NCBI GenBank assembly: GCA_016432485.1
Contig: CP066691.1
Location: 587,538 to 651,537, forward strand
Length of the DNA: 64,000 nucleotides
From: Candidatus Niyogibacteria bacterium
GTDB taxonomy: Bacteria; Patescibacteriota; Minisyncoccia; HO2-45-28
Direction: 5' to 3'
Below, piece by piece: positions 56,522 through 64,000 of the stretch. Position 1 is the first letter of the stretch. Each line of letters begins with the position of its first letter. The notes beneath the pieces are model-generated. The model was not told the DNA's origin, ran no database searches, and saw nothing but the letters and a program-made list of their open reading frames with translations. The position numbers and the translations under genes were made by a program.

Positions 56522-56764
56522 TTATAAGGGGTTGTTGAATGTATCCCGATTAAGTTTTTGGAAGTTTTTTATTTCTCTTTCCCCAATATATTTACTAAAA
56601 CTATTTCTAAAATTATCCCCAAACCATTCAAGAGTGTCCTGTTGTGCTCTCAACCTTTTTAATTGATACTCTCTATAATTTATAAACATAAAACCAGCCA
56701 CAAAAATAGTAGCTATTATTAGGATCAACAATCTAAACCAATTTTCTTTTAACCAGTTTTTCAT
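56522..56764 (-). CDS. small membrane protein, MxxNWLKxNWF family (paralog 1)
   Basis: MKNWLKENWFRLLILII... N-terminus shared with 57014-57238. Confidence 0.45.
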   Translation of the reverse strand: MKNWLKENWFRLLILIIATIFVAGFMFINYREYQLKRLRAQQDTLEWFGDNFRNSFSKYIGEREIKNFQKLNRDTFNNPL

Positions 56765-56785
56765 GAATTTGTTTATACTATCAAA

Positions 56786-57010
56786 CTATAAATTAAACTT
56801 TCTCACGATTCTACGCCAAATAAATGAAACAATAATAGATAAACCGAGGGCAATTATAAAAGACTCATCTTCGGACAAATTCCGGCTACTGTCTGACCAA
56901 ATAAATATCACAGTAAAAAGTGATACGAAAATGAACGCCCTCTTTAAAAACGGCTTCAACAATACTAGTCGCCGCAGAGTTGGAAAATCGATTTTAAGCC
57001 AATCCTTCAT
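56786..57010 (-). CDS. small membrane protein (paralog 2, diverged)
   Basis: MKDWLKIDFP... ; two TM. Confidence 0.35.
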   Translation of the reverse strand: MKDWLKIDFPTLRRLVLLKPFLKRAFIFVSLFTVIFIWSDSSRNLSEDESFIIALGLSIIVSFIWRRIVRKFNL

Positions 57011-57013
57011 AAT

Positions 57014-57238
57014 TTATAATCCTTTTTCTCTTAAACAGAATTTGTAAAAAAAGTCGTAAACCCTATCTTGATCCTCAGACGCCTTTTTGGTTTTTTCGAT
57101 GGACTCTGTGTTACACTCTTTTACAATTTTGTTTGGCCTCCATTCATACCAATAAAAATAACTTGCAGAGATTACGACCATCAAGACAATCACCCCAACC
57201 TTAAACCAATTTTGTTTGAGCCAATTCATGGTCGACAT
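57014..57238 (-). CDS. small membrane protein, MxxNWLKxNWF family (paralog 3)
   Basis: MSTMNWLKQNWFKVGVIVLMVV... Confidence 0.45.
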   Translation of the reverse strand: MSTMNWLKQNWFKVGVIVLMVVISASYFYWYEWRPNKIVKECNTESIEKTKKASEDQDRVYDFFYKFCLREKGL

Positions 57239-57241
57239 GAT

Positions 57242-57436
57242 TTAACGATAACTCCTATATTTTTTAGCGTGAAAGTGGTGTTGGCCATATTTAAACCCCC
57301 ACTTCGGGCAATTTGTCCTACAAGTGTGGCCGCCTTTTCTGTCTGTTCTACCGGGGTGTGCCAACGCCTCAAATGGCGCAGAGAATACAAGCGCCGTGAA
57401 AGCAGTAAAAATAACTACTAAAATAAAATTCTTCAT
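57242..57436 (-). CDS. small secreted cationic His/Cys-containing peptide
   Basis: Signal peptide ...FEALA-HPG; mature about 42 aa rich in H, K, R and C. Confidence 0.4.
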   Translation of the reverse strand: MKNFILVVIFTAFTALVFSAPFEALAHPGRTDRKGGHTCRTNCPKWGFKYGQHHFHAKKYRSYR

Positions 57437-57444
57437 TTCGAGGT

Positions 57445-57696
57445 TTAGTACCTAAATCTGTATGATTTATATGGATCAGAGTATCCCTTTTTGCCCGTGT
57501 ACGGATTGTAATTACCGCGCGTGCTGTAGTTATCAAATCTAGTGCTATTGGGACTTGAGCGGTAATGGGGTAGGACATATGTGCCAGTGCGAGGTTTTAC
57601 ATACCCCCTCACTCTTACAGCTGCGTATGCGGAACCAGCGAAGACGAACAGACCAAAAATTATCAAAATCGCTGCTAAAAATTTAAAGTTTTTCAT
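57445..57696 (-). CDS. small secreted cationic Tyr/Arg-rich peptide
   Basis: Signal peptide ...GSAYA-AVR; mature about 57 aa rich in Y, R, K and P. Confidence 0.4.
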   Translation of the reverse strand: MKNFKFLAAILIIFGLFVFAGSAYAAVRVRGYVKPRTGTYVLPHYRSSPNSTRFDNYSTRGNYNPYTGKKGYSDPYKSYRFRY

Positions 57697-57764
57697 AATG
57701 TTTTAATTATACCATATCTAATAGAAATTGCAAGTGGGCGGGCAAATGGAGGAAGTTCGCGCCT

Positions 57765-58190
57765 TTACTTTTGGAGTTCTTGTTTGCGGCGAGCAAATTC
57801 AATTTGTAGGCGTGTTTTTGTTTTTTCTTCAAGAATGCCGTTTAAATTCCATAGCACCGTCCAGTCATACTTCGCTGAAAGTCGGCGAAAAAGTTCATAT
57901 ACAGCCATTCTTTCTTCAGAAATTATTTTTAAATTCTTGTCTTTTGTTTTGGAGCGCTCTTTTTCAGTGTCAACAGACCTCTCAAGTTCTTTCGCGTTTT
58001 TTTCTTTAGAGAAAGGAAAAAAGTTATGGAGTTCCACAAAAATCTCTTTCGGATATTTTAACAAATCTTCTATAACGGGCAGGTCTTCGGGCTTTATATC
58101 CCTGTCTTCAATAAACCTTTGAAATCTTTTTTCTTCCAAAGGAGAAGGTTCTTGTTGTGGGACCGACGACTCGCTACTTGATTCTTTCAT
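57765..58190 (-). CDS. hypothetical charged protein
   Basis: 141 aa; no motif. Confidence 0.4.
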   Translation of the reverse strand: MKESSSESSVPQQEPSPLEEKRFQRFIEDRDIKPEDLPVIEDLLKYPKEIFVELHNFFPFSKEKNAKELERSVDTEKERSKTKDKNLKIISEERMAVYELFRRLSAKYDWTVLWNLNGILEEKTKTRLQIEFARRKQELQK

Positions 58191-58250
58191 TATATTTTAT
58201 GGATTGATTAAAAATTGATTTGAGATTTTCTTTTAGAAATTCCACTTTGT

Positions 58251-58320
58251 GGGTGCCTAGAGGGATTCGAACCCTCGATAATTCCTCCACAGGGAACCGT
58301 GTTACCGCTACACCATAGGC
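58251..58320 (-). tRNA. tRNA-His(GTG)
   Basis: Extra 5' G (G-1) giving an 8-bp acceptor, anticodon loop CTGTGGA, T-arm GAGGGTTCGAATCCCTC. Confidence 0.8.
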
Positions 58321-58357
58321 ACCATTTTTGCCCGACACTTGGTGTCGGGCATTGGAT

Positions 58358-58660
58358 TTATTCGCGTAAAAGTTCTTGTTGGCCCTCTTTTTCTCCCAAG
58401 ATTTTTCGGCGCATGGCTTCCAGGGCTTCATCAGCGGCTTTTTTTTCGCGCCTGCGATCTTTTGGCGTTATCACTTTTTTTACCCCCTTTACGCCCTGCA
58501 TTTCAAGAATCATTTCTTTATCTTCAGGCGTCAGATTGTATTTTTCTTCGTTCTTTTCAGGCGTTTCTTGCGGCCGAAGGGAAAATTCTTCTTTAGGCAT
58601 GACCCTATAATAACAAAAAAATGCCTTTTGGCAAGAAAAAAGGCCCAAAACGGGCCGCAA
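58358..58660 (-). CDS. small charged hypothetical protein
   Basis: Probably starts at the internal MPKEEF (about 80 aa). Confidence 0.35.
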   Translation of the reverse strand: MRPVLGLFSCQKAFFCYYRVMPKEEFSLRPQETPEKNEEKYNLTPEDKEMILEMQGVKGVKKVITPKDRRREKKAADEALEAMRRKILGEKEGQQELLRE

Positions 58661-58669
58661 ACTATTACG

Positions 58670-59197
58670 CTATTCCGATGGCACGCCGGGCCATTCCTCA
58701 ATTCTAATCACCAGAGATTTTAAAGCTTGAATCAGCCGATCAAATGCCTGCCGCGCTTTTGGATTGTCCGAAAATAGCTTCTTTAATTCTTTGTTGCAAA
58801 ATCTGCGAGTATCTTTTCGAGCATGAACCATAAAAGTGTTGTTGTACAGCGAAGCATAGATTATAGACTCCTGAACATGAATATCGGATAAAGCCTTTGA
58901 CAATTCTTGACTATATGGATAACCTGCCCCCCTATAAAAATCTAATTGTAGGAGAGGCGGCAGATAGCACCCAAACATCTCTTGGAGCGCATAGAAAAGA
59001 GGATGAAAGACAGAATCGCGGCTATCCACAACTATTCTGGCTCGGGTTATTTTTCTGTTAAGAGGAGTATTACGGGCTTCTTCCAGCAGAAGGCGTATTA
59101 ATGCTAGATGCAAAAAATTTGTAAAACAGATTTCGTTCAAACTTTCTTGCCGCATACCGCCGCCTACGGCCATTCCCAACCTAAAAGTGGCGAGCAT
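58670..59197 (-). CDS. hypothetical protein, paralog A
   Basis: Similar to 59320-59811 (LQLDFYRGAGYPYSQELSKAL versus LNELRFSKRGAFPYSRELSETM). Shares an upstream 22-nt motif. Confidence 0.5.
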   Translation of the reverse strand: MLATFRLGMAVGGGMRQESLNEICFTNFLHLALIRLLLEEARNTPLNRKITRARIVVDSRDSVFHPLFYALQEMFGCYLPPLLQLDFYRGAGYPYSQELSKALSDIHVQESIIYASLYNNTFMVHARKDTRRFCNKELKKLFSDNPKARQAFDRLIQALKSLVIRIEEWPGVPSE

Positions 59198-59319
59198 TTT
59201 ATCTCTCCCTCAGGTTATTTGAGGATATTTACAACCCAAAAAGATTGTATCGCTATTCCGCTTTAAATACAAGCGCCCTGTTTTTTACAAGAAAACGGCC
59301 CTGATTGGGCCGCGTCTAT

Positions 59320-59811
59320 CTATATCGGGTAAATTCTTGTTTCTTTTAATGCTTCGCGAAGAAGTTTTTCTTTGAGGAAATCCACAAAGTCGCCGAAGAT
59401 TCGCAAGCGAATTTCATCATTTTTAAAGATCTCGCTCGTCTCTTTAAGCACTTCCTGAACACCATCTTTTTGCGATACTACATCAAAAGAATTTTCCCGC
59501 GTGCCAAAAATCTCTATGAATCTGCTCAGTCTTAAGATAGCCATGGTCTCACTAAGTTCGCGGCTATAAGGAAACGCGCCTCTTTTGGAAAAACGCAGTT
59601 CGTTTAATTCGGGAAGCGTTTGACCAAACCTTTTTTGAGCTTGCAGAAACACCCCGTGAAGCTTATCCGGACTATATTCAAATGTGCATCTAATGCGGCT
59701 GTCACCAAAACTAAGCACAATTGTTTTTAGGGCGAGAGTAAGAATATCCACGAAAATCGTCTTTGAATCGGGGGTGCTTTTCGTTTCCTCGGACACGCAA
59801 TCAACCTCCAA
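59320..59811 (-). CDS. hypothetical protein, paralog B
   Basis: See paralog A; the conserved tattccgctttaaatacaagcg motif lies 35-55 nt upstream of both genes. Confidence 0.5.
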   Translation of the reverse strand: MEVDCVSEETKSTPDSKTIFVDILTLALKTIVLSFGDSRIRCTFEYSPDKLHGVFLQAQKRFGQTLPELNELRFSKRGAFPYSRELSETMAILRLSRFIEIFGTRENSFDVVSQKDGVQEVLKETSEIFKNDEIRLRIFGDFVDFLKEKLLREALKETRIYPI

Positions 59812-59842
59812 GAGATGAACTACATCCTAAAATATTATTATA

Positions 59843-60091
59843 TTATTCCGCTTTAAATACAAGCGTTCCGTCTTTGGTCGGCTGGTCAACTTTTATCGCT
59901 ACTTCCTGACCTTTCTTAGCCGATTTAATCGCTTCGTGCTCAAGTTGCATTGACTCAACGGTCTGTGAAAATTCATTCTCTCCTTTCACGAATTTAACTT
60001 CGTCGCCCGCCTTGAGCGCGCCGTTTAGCTTAACCACGGCCACCATGGCCTTGTCGTAATAATGTATTACTTTGCCTAATGGTTTATTCAT
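59843..60091 (-). CDS. small translation-elongation-factor-like (EF-Tu domain 2-like beta-barrel) protein
   Basis: GKVIHYYDKAMVAVVKL...GDEVKF...SMQLEHEAIKSAKKGQEVAIKV pattern. Confidence 0.5.
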   Translation of the reverse strand: MNKPLGKVIHYYDKAMVAVVKLNGALKAGDEVKFVKGENEFSQTVESMQLEHEAIKSAKKGQEVAIKVDQPTKDGTLVFKAE

Positions 60092-60180
60092 ATTAAAAAA
60101 TGTTTAACCCGACCTTTACCATAATAATTCTATCATATATAATGGGTTCGGTTTTGAAAACTGAAAAAGGAGGAAAATGA

Positions 60181-61380
60181 ATGCGAGATGTTGCGATAAT
60201 TGGCGCGGGAATGACCCCTTGCCGTTCAAGATGGCTTGAAAAAACATTTTGGGAACTTTCCCAAATGGCAGTGGCTGAAGCAGTGCGCGATGCCCATATT
60301 CATATCAAAGAAATTGATGCCGGTGTGGTGGGTATTTACAACGATATTTTTGAGTTCCAGGCTATCCCCGAAAGCGGATTACAGGGGATCATCGGTCTAG
60401 CGAATAAGCCCCTGAAAAGATGCTCAAGTGGGGGCGCTACCGGCGCTTATACCATGCTTGAAGGATATACCTGGGTTGCAAGCGGACTTTATGATTTGGT
60501 TTTGGTTTTGGGAGTTGAGAAAGCGCTTGACTGCTACGATTTTGAAGCCCAAAGCCCGACACCGGCGGTGGTGCAAACCATTAGTTATTCTTGGGATCCC
60601 TGGTTTGAGCGGCCACTTGGCGCGCACGCCTCTTCAAGCTATGCAAAAGTCATTGCCGCTTATATGGACGAACATTCCGGCGACCTTGACCCACTGGCAA
60701 GAGCAAAAATTGTTGAACTTCTTTGCCAGCAAGCGCAAAATAATCCCTACGCCCAGCGTCTGGGTGAAAAGGTAACGGCGGATCAAGTCGTGCGGTCGCG
60801 TTATGTTGTCCATCCAATTCGGGCTCTTGAAACTTGCGTCTACACCGAGGGCGCGTGCGCTTTGGTTTTTGCTTCAGAAGAAATAGCCAAGGACATAGCC
60901 AAACGCAGCGGTCGCGATCCTGTCTGGATTACCGGCGTTGGCGCGGCTAATGAAAACTATTTTGTTGGCAGAGATATAACCCGTTATAAAGTTCTGAACC
61001 GCATTTATTCCGATTATCTTGCAACCAAGAAAGCTCTTGGGATGGCCCGTCTTACCATCAACGATATTCAAGTCATTGAACTGCATGATGCTTTCATCCC
61101 GCAAATGATGATTACGCTTGCTGAAATGGGAGTTGTGCCTTTGGGCCGCGCAGATGATCTGGTTAACGAGGGCATCATAATGCCTGGCGGCCGACTGTTA
61201 GTGAATCCTTCGGGTGGATTGGTTTTCGGCGGACATTTTGTCGGCGGATCAAACATGATGTCAACCTGGAGCGTTATGCGAGAGATGAGAACAAGGAATT
61301 TTGAACACGGCATGATTCATGGAACCGGCGCCAGCCGTTCAATCTACGGCGTGGCTGTTGTCCTTGAAAGGAGGGGTTGA
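60181..61380 (+). CDS. thiolase-superfamily protein (SCP-x / archaeal acetoacetyl-CoA thiolase type)
   Basis: Thiolase N- and C-terminal halves; Cys in RCSSGGATGAYT; C-terminal HGxGA-like region. Confidence 0.7.
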   Translation: MRDVAIIGAGMTPCRSRWLEKTFWELSQMAVAEAVRDAHIHIKEIDAGVVGIYNDIFEFQAIPESGLQGIIGLANKPLKRCSSGGATGAYTMLEGYTWVASGLYDLVLVLGVEKALDCYDFEAQSPTPAVVQTISYSWDPWFERPLGAHASSSYAKVIAAYMDEHSGDLDPLARAKIVELLCQQAQNNPYAQRLGEKVTADQVVRSRYVVHPIRALETCVYTEGACALVFASEEIAKDIAKRSGRDPVWITGVGAANENYFVGRDITRYKVLNRIYSDYLATKKALGMARLTINDIQVIELHDAFIPQMMITLAEMGVVPLGRADDLVNEGIIMPGGRLLVNPSGGLVFGGHFVGGSNMMSTWSVMREMRTRNFEHGMIHGTGASRSIYGVAVVLERRG

Positions 61381-62432
61381 CAATGGCGAAGACGGAAGAA
61401 AAGAAACATATTATTACACCAGAAATGTGGCCGGAAGCTCGAATGGAAACAGTTCAAGGCCAAGACGGCCGGCCGTATCTTGTTCAAAATAATATTATGT
61501 TCACAGGAGTTCGACATTCACGAGGCGAATTTTCACCGTTTTTTATTGATATTCGCGATAAATGCCGAATTTTTGGCCACCGTTGTCCAGAGTGCAGGCA
61601 TATTATTGTTCCGCCTTATCAACAACGCTGTGTTGGCGAGTGTAACTTTGTTCCACTGGTTAAAGAGTATGTCAAGGATATCGGGGTTTTGGTTGCTACT
61701 CCGGTCATAACTGTTTTTCCGCCGGCTCTTTTCAAAGACGCGGTTCCTTTTGGCGAAGGTGATGTTTATCTTGAAACGGTTGACGGCGAATTAACTGACA
61801 CCGCTTTACCTGTTTGTGTTCGGACAACTACCGGCGCAATCCGCCCCGGTATTTACAAAAGGGGTACGCCGGTCAAAATTGTTTTTTGCAATCAACGCGA
61901 GGGCAGCGCGCGAGACATTTTTGTTATCCCCCAATCGGAACTGACACCAGAACAGATAGCCAAAAGTCCTCTTTTTGAACACGAACTTCGTTGGGCAAGT
62001 GTTGCTGAAATTAAAGAGGAAGAAAATCCAGCGATGCGTCAGGTTTTTGAGGAATGTTTTGAACTCTTTTGCCGGTTGAGAGATATGGTATCTCAAAGTC
62101 GGCGAGCGAAAAAAGATCTTGCAAATTGGCATAGAATTGTTCATATCAAAACGAAAGTGGGAACATTTGAATTAAGTTTTTATAATGGCACTTTTGCTCC
62201 CGCAAGAAAACCCGGAGGCAAAGAACCACAGCTTATTATCGTTATTCCGGATCCGAGACAGTTATCATTGTGGCTAAAAGATAGTATGAAAAGACAGAAC
62301 GAACAGCTGGAGAGCCCGGCTCTGACAGACCTTGTGCTTGAGGGCGTGATTATTTTGGATCGGCCGGAGATTGAAACTGTTATTCGGCTTGACCGCATTC
62401 CAAGGTCTTTACGCCGAGACGGAGTTGTCTAA
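61377..62432 (+). CDS. DUF35-like Zn-ribbon/OB-fold protein with a long C-terminal extension
   Basis: CPECRHIIVPP...CVGEC rubredoxin-like Zn ribbon and OB-fold region. Translationally coupled to the thiolase by an ATGA overlap. Confidence 0.5.
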   Translation: MTMAKTEEKKHIITPEMWPEARMETVQGQDGRPYLVQNNIMFTGVRHSRGEFSPFFIDIRDKCRIFGHRCPECRHIIVPPYQQRCVGECNFVPLVKEYVKDIGVLVATPVITVFPPALFKDAVPFGEGDVYLETVDGELTDTALPVCVRTTTGAIRPGIYKRGTPVKIVFCNQREGSARDIFVIPQSELTPEQIAKSPLFEHELRWASVAEIKEEENPAMRQVFEECFELFCRLRDMVSQSRRAKKDLANWHRIVHIKTKVGTFELSFYNGTFAPARKPGGKEPQLIIVIPDPRQLSLWLKDSMKRQNEQLESPALTDLVLEGVIILDRPEIETVIRLDRIPRSLRRDGVV

Positions 62433-62475
62433 AATAAAAAACCGCCGCCACGCAACTGCGTGACGGCTTTTTGTT

Positions 62476-62553
62476 TGGCGGGGCCGGCAGGATTTGAACC
62501 CGCATCTTCGGGATTTGGAGTCCCGCTCTTTTGCTTTAAGATACGACCCCGCC
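62476..62553 (-). tRNA. tRNA-Trp(CCA)
   Basis: Acceptor GGCGGGG/CCCCGCC, anticodon loop CTCCAAA, slightly enlarged D-loop. Confidence 0.75.
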
Positions 62554-62568
62554 CGAATTATTACATGG

Positions 62569-62641
62569 TGGGCCCGCTCCGATTCGAACGGAGGACCAAT
62601 CGGTTATGAGCCGATAGCTCTGCCAATTGAGCTACGGGCCC
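62569..62641 (-). tRNA. tRNA-Met(CAT) elongator-type, CCA encoded (566-568)
   Basis: GGGCCCGTAGCTCAATTGGCAGAGC..., anticodon loop CTCATAA. The anticodon stem lacks the 3 G-C pairs of an initiator tRNA. Confidence 0.75.
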
Positions 62642-62651
62642 CGTTAGTAGA

Positions 62652-62783
62652 TTTTGGCATTGCTTTTGTGTTTACAACAAACGACTGGCTATTTTGCAGT
62701 TATGCGATATTGTCTTGTGTTGAGAAAACACACCAAAAAGCAAAAACACTATGCCAAAATTCACTACGGGGCGGGCCCACCGA
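62652..62783. repeat. imperfect ~30-bp inverted repeats plus an inverted 14-nt copy of the tRNA-Met 3' end
   Basis: ttttggcattgcttttgtgttt pairs with aaacacaccaaaaagcaaaaacactatgccaaaa. ggggcgggcccacc at 62766-62779 matches the tRNA-Met acceptor and T-stem region in the opposite orientation. Confidence 0.5.
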
Positions 62784-62838
62784 AGAAACTCAGGTAACGA
62801 TAAAAGAAGTATACCAAAATAAAGCTAAAAAGTCAAGT

Positions 62839-62921
62839 GTGCGCAGGGGGGGACTTGAACCCCCAAGCCTTACGGCATACGCCCCTCAAGCGTACGAGTT
62901 TACCAGTTTCTCCACCTGCGC
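62839..62921 (-). tRNA. tRNA-Leu(GAG)
   Basis: GCGCAGGTGGAGAAACTGGTAAAC..., long variable arm, anticodon loop TTGAGGG. Confidence 0.8.
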
Positions 62922-62936
62922 TTAGTAGTCGGTTTT

Positions 62937-63386
62937 TTAGACCCCCTCTTTATTTTCTTTTTTCGGCTTTTCTTTTTTTATCACCTCCTCGGCTTCGCTC
63001 GGGGCAAGCATCACTTTTTCAACCTGGATGAGTTTTTTCATTTTCTTGCGTATTTCTCGCGCGGCTTTGTCGCGGATATAGTAAAGTTTAGCGCGTCTGA
63101 CTTTTGAACGGCTTACGATTTCTATTTTTTCTATAGTCGGCGAATATAGCGGAAAAATTCTTTCAACGCCCACGCCGGCTGAAACTTTGCGAATCGTAAA
63201 AGTCGCGCCGGGCTCGCGGCCGTGTTTTCGGGCAATAACCAGACCTTCAAATGCCTGAAGGCGCGATTTATCCCCCTCTTTGACTTTTTGCCATACTTTT
63301 ATAGTGTCGCCGGTGCTGAAGTCTATTTTGGCCCGCGCGCCGATGTCTACCGGCGAAAACTTGATTTTTTCTCTTAATAAAGTCAT
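62937..63386 (-). CDS. rplS: 50S ribosomal protein L19 with Lys-rich C-terminal extension
   Basis: [31 protein letters not shown]...[10 protein letters not shown] core. Confidence 0.85.
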   Translation of the reverse strand: MTLLREKIKFSPVDIGARAKIDFSTGDTIKVWQKVKEGDKSRLQAFEGLVIARKHGREPGATFTIRKVSAGVGVERIFPLYSPTIEKIEIVSRSKVRRAKLYYIRDKAAREIRKKMKKLIQVEKVMLAPSEAEEVIKKEKPKKENKEGV

Positions 63387-63487
63387 AAATTAATTTTTAT
63401 CATGTTTGACGCCCCTCGACAAGCTCGGGGCGCTTTGTTTCGTTGATTTGTAATTTACACTGAGCGAGGCTTTGCCGAGTCGGAGTG

Positions 63488-63559
63488 CGGCCCCAAGGGG
63501 AATCGAACCCCTATTTTCACCTTGAAAGAGTGACGTCCTAGCCGCTAGACGATGGGGCC
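63488..63559 (-). tRNA. tRNA-Glu(TTC)
   Basis: GGCCCCATCGTCTAGCGGCTAGGACG..., anticodon loop CTTTCAA. Confidence 0.8.
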
Positions 63560-63605
63560 TAAACTCTACCCATTTTATCATTTTTTGCGTAGAATTCAAG
63601 CTATT

Positions 63606-64000
63606 ATGCGGCGCGCTTTTCCGGCTCTAATAATTTTTGGTTTTGCTCTGGGCGTGTTTTCCGAGTCATTTTTCGCGTTCGGCTGGCCGTTCGCCCTGCT
63701 TATTATAATAGTAAGCGTTTTTTTATATATATTTTCGCGTTTTAAGGAAGTTGGCGTGTTGGCCGCAATTTCGGTTCTCCTTTTTTCTTTCGGTTTTGGG
63801 ATTTTGCGCTACGAAATTAAAGACAACGCGTCTGTTTCGTCGGAATTGCAGCCAATAGTTGGGCAGAAAGTTTTACTAGAGGGTTTTGTCAGCGATGAGC
63901 CGGATGAGCGCGAAAATTCAACCCGTCTGATTTTAAAAACGAACGACGGAGACAAAATTTTACTGGTTACCAATCGTTATCCCGAATTTTCGTACGGCGA
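63606..64000 (+). CDS. comEC: ComEC/Rec2-family competence protein, N-terminal (DUF4131) part; 3'-truncated by the window edge
   Basis: Frame is open to the end of the window. TM helices followed by ...ILLVTNRYPEFSYGD, typical of the ComEC N-domain. Confidence 0.55.
   Translation, partial: MRRAFPALIIFGFALGVFSESFFAFGWPFALLIIIVSVFLYIFSRFKEVGVLAAISVLLFSFGFGILRYEIKDNASVSSELQPIVGQKVLLEGFVSDEPDERENSTRLILKTNDGDKILLVTNRYPEFSYG

Larger units (their letters stand above)
53137..58250. mobile_element. putative degraded integrated element / genomic islet bounded by tRNA-His and its 3'-end direct repeat
   Basis: Direct repeats at 53114-53136 and 58251-58273. Cargo is a HicAB pair, a ClpP-like protease, and many tiny TM or cationic secreted proteins. 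No integrase was found. Confidence 0.4.

Overview
This 64-kb window looks like a small-genome, low-GC bacterium, probably of the Candidate Phyla Radiation / Patescibacteria type. It has many short genes, a type IV pilus (T4P) / competence locus without pilT or pilQ, an H+-pyrophosphatase, and a cca gene, while several tRNAs carry an encoded CCA. The window is very tRNA-dense: I can fold 21 tRNA genes by hand, plus several tRNA-like fragments.

Housekeeping content includes cca, the tsaD tRNA-modification gene, valS, nusA, infB, rbfA, rplS, a transaldolase, hppA, an HtrA-type protease, a RluA pseudouridine synthase, a PLP transsulfuration enzyme, a class-III aminotransferase, an ABC1 kinase, Hsp20, a thiolase with a DUF35-like partner, and a PduO adenosyltransferase. 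The largest operon (15.9-25.5 kb) encodes a two-component system, PilB, PilC, four prepilin-like proteins, and PilM/N/O. A ComEC-like gene starts at the 3' edge of the window.

Most of the unusual signal is tied to tRNA genes:
- A 123-bp tandem repeat re-uses the last 19 nt of tRNA-Arg(TCG) three times, about 1 kb from a XerD-like recombinase.
- A 32-nt exact copy of the 3' half of tRNA-Pro(CGG) sits 66 bp from the intact gene.
- A 20/21-nt copy of the tRNA-His 3' end at 53.1 kb, together with the intact tRNA-His at 58.25 kb, brackets a 5.1-kb segment. That segment contains a HicAB pair, a stand-alone ClpP-like protease, and a run of tiny membrane and cationic secreted proteins.
- A LAGLIDADG endonuclease gene overlaps tRNA-Phe, and an HNH endonuclease gene abuts tRNA-Leu(TAA).

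Other points to check are listed in the findings: several consensus promoters followed immediately by terminators that could be small RNAs, short intergenic motif arrays, a perfect 38-nt palindrome, paralogous unknown gene pairs with conserved upstream motifs, and GC-rich patches consistent with horizontal acquisition.

All calls were made by eye from the sequence and the ORF track. No database searches were run.
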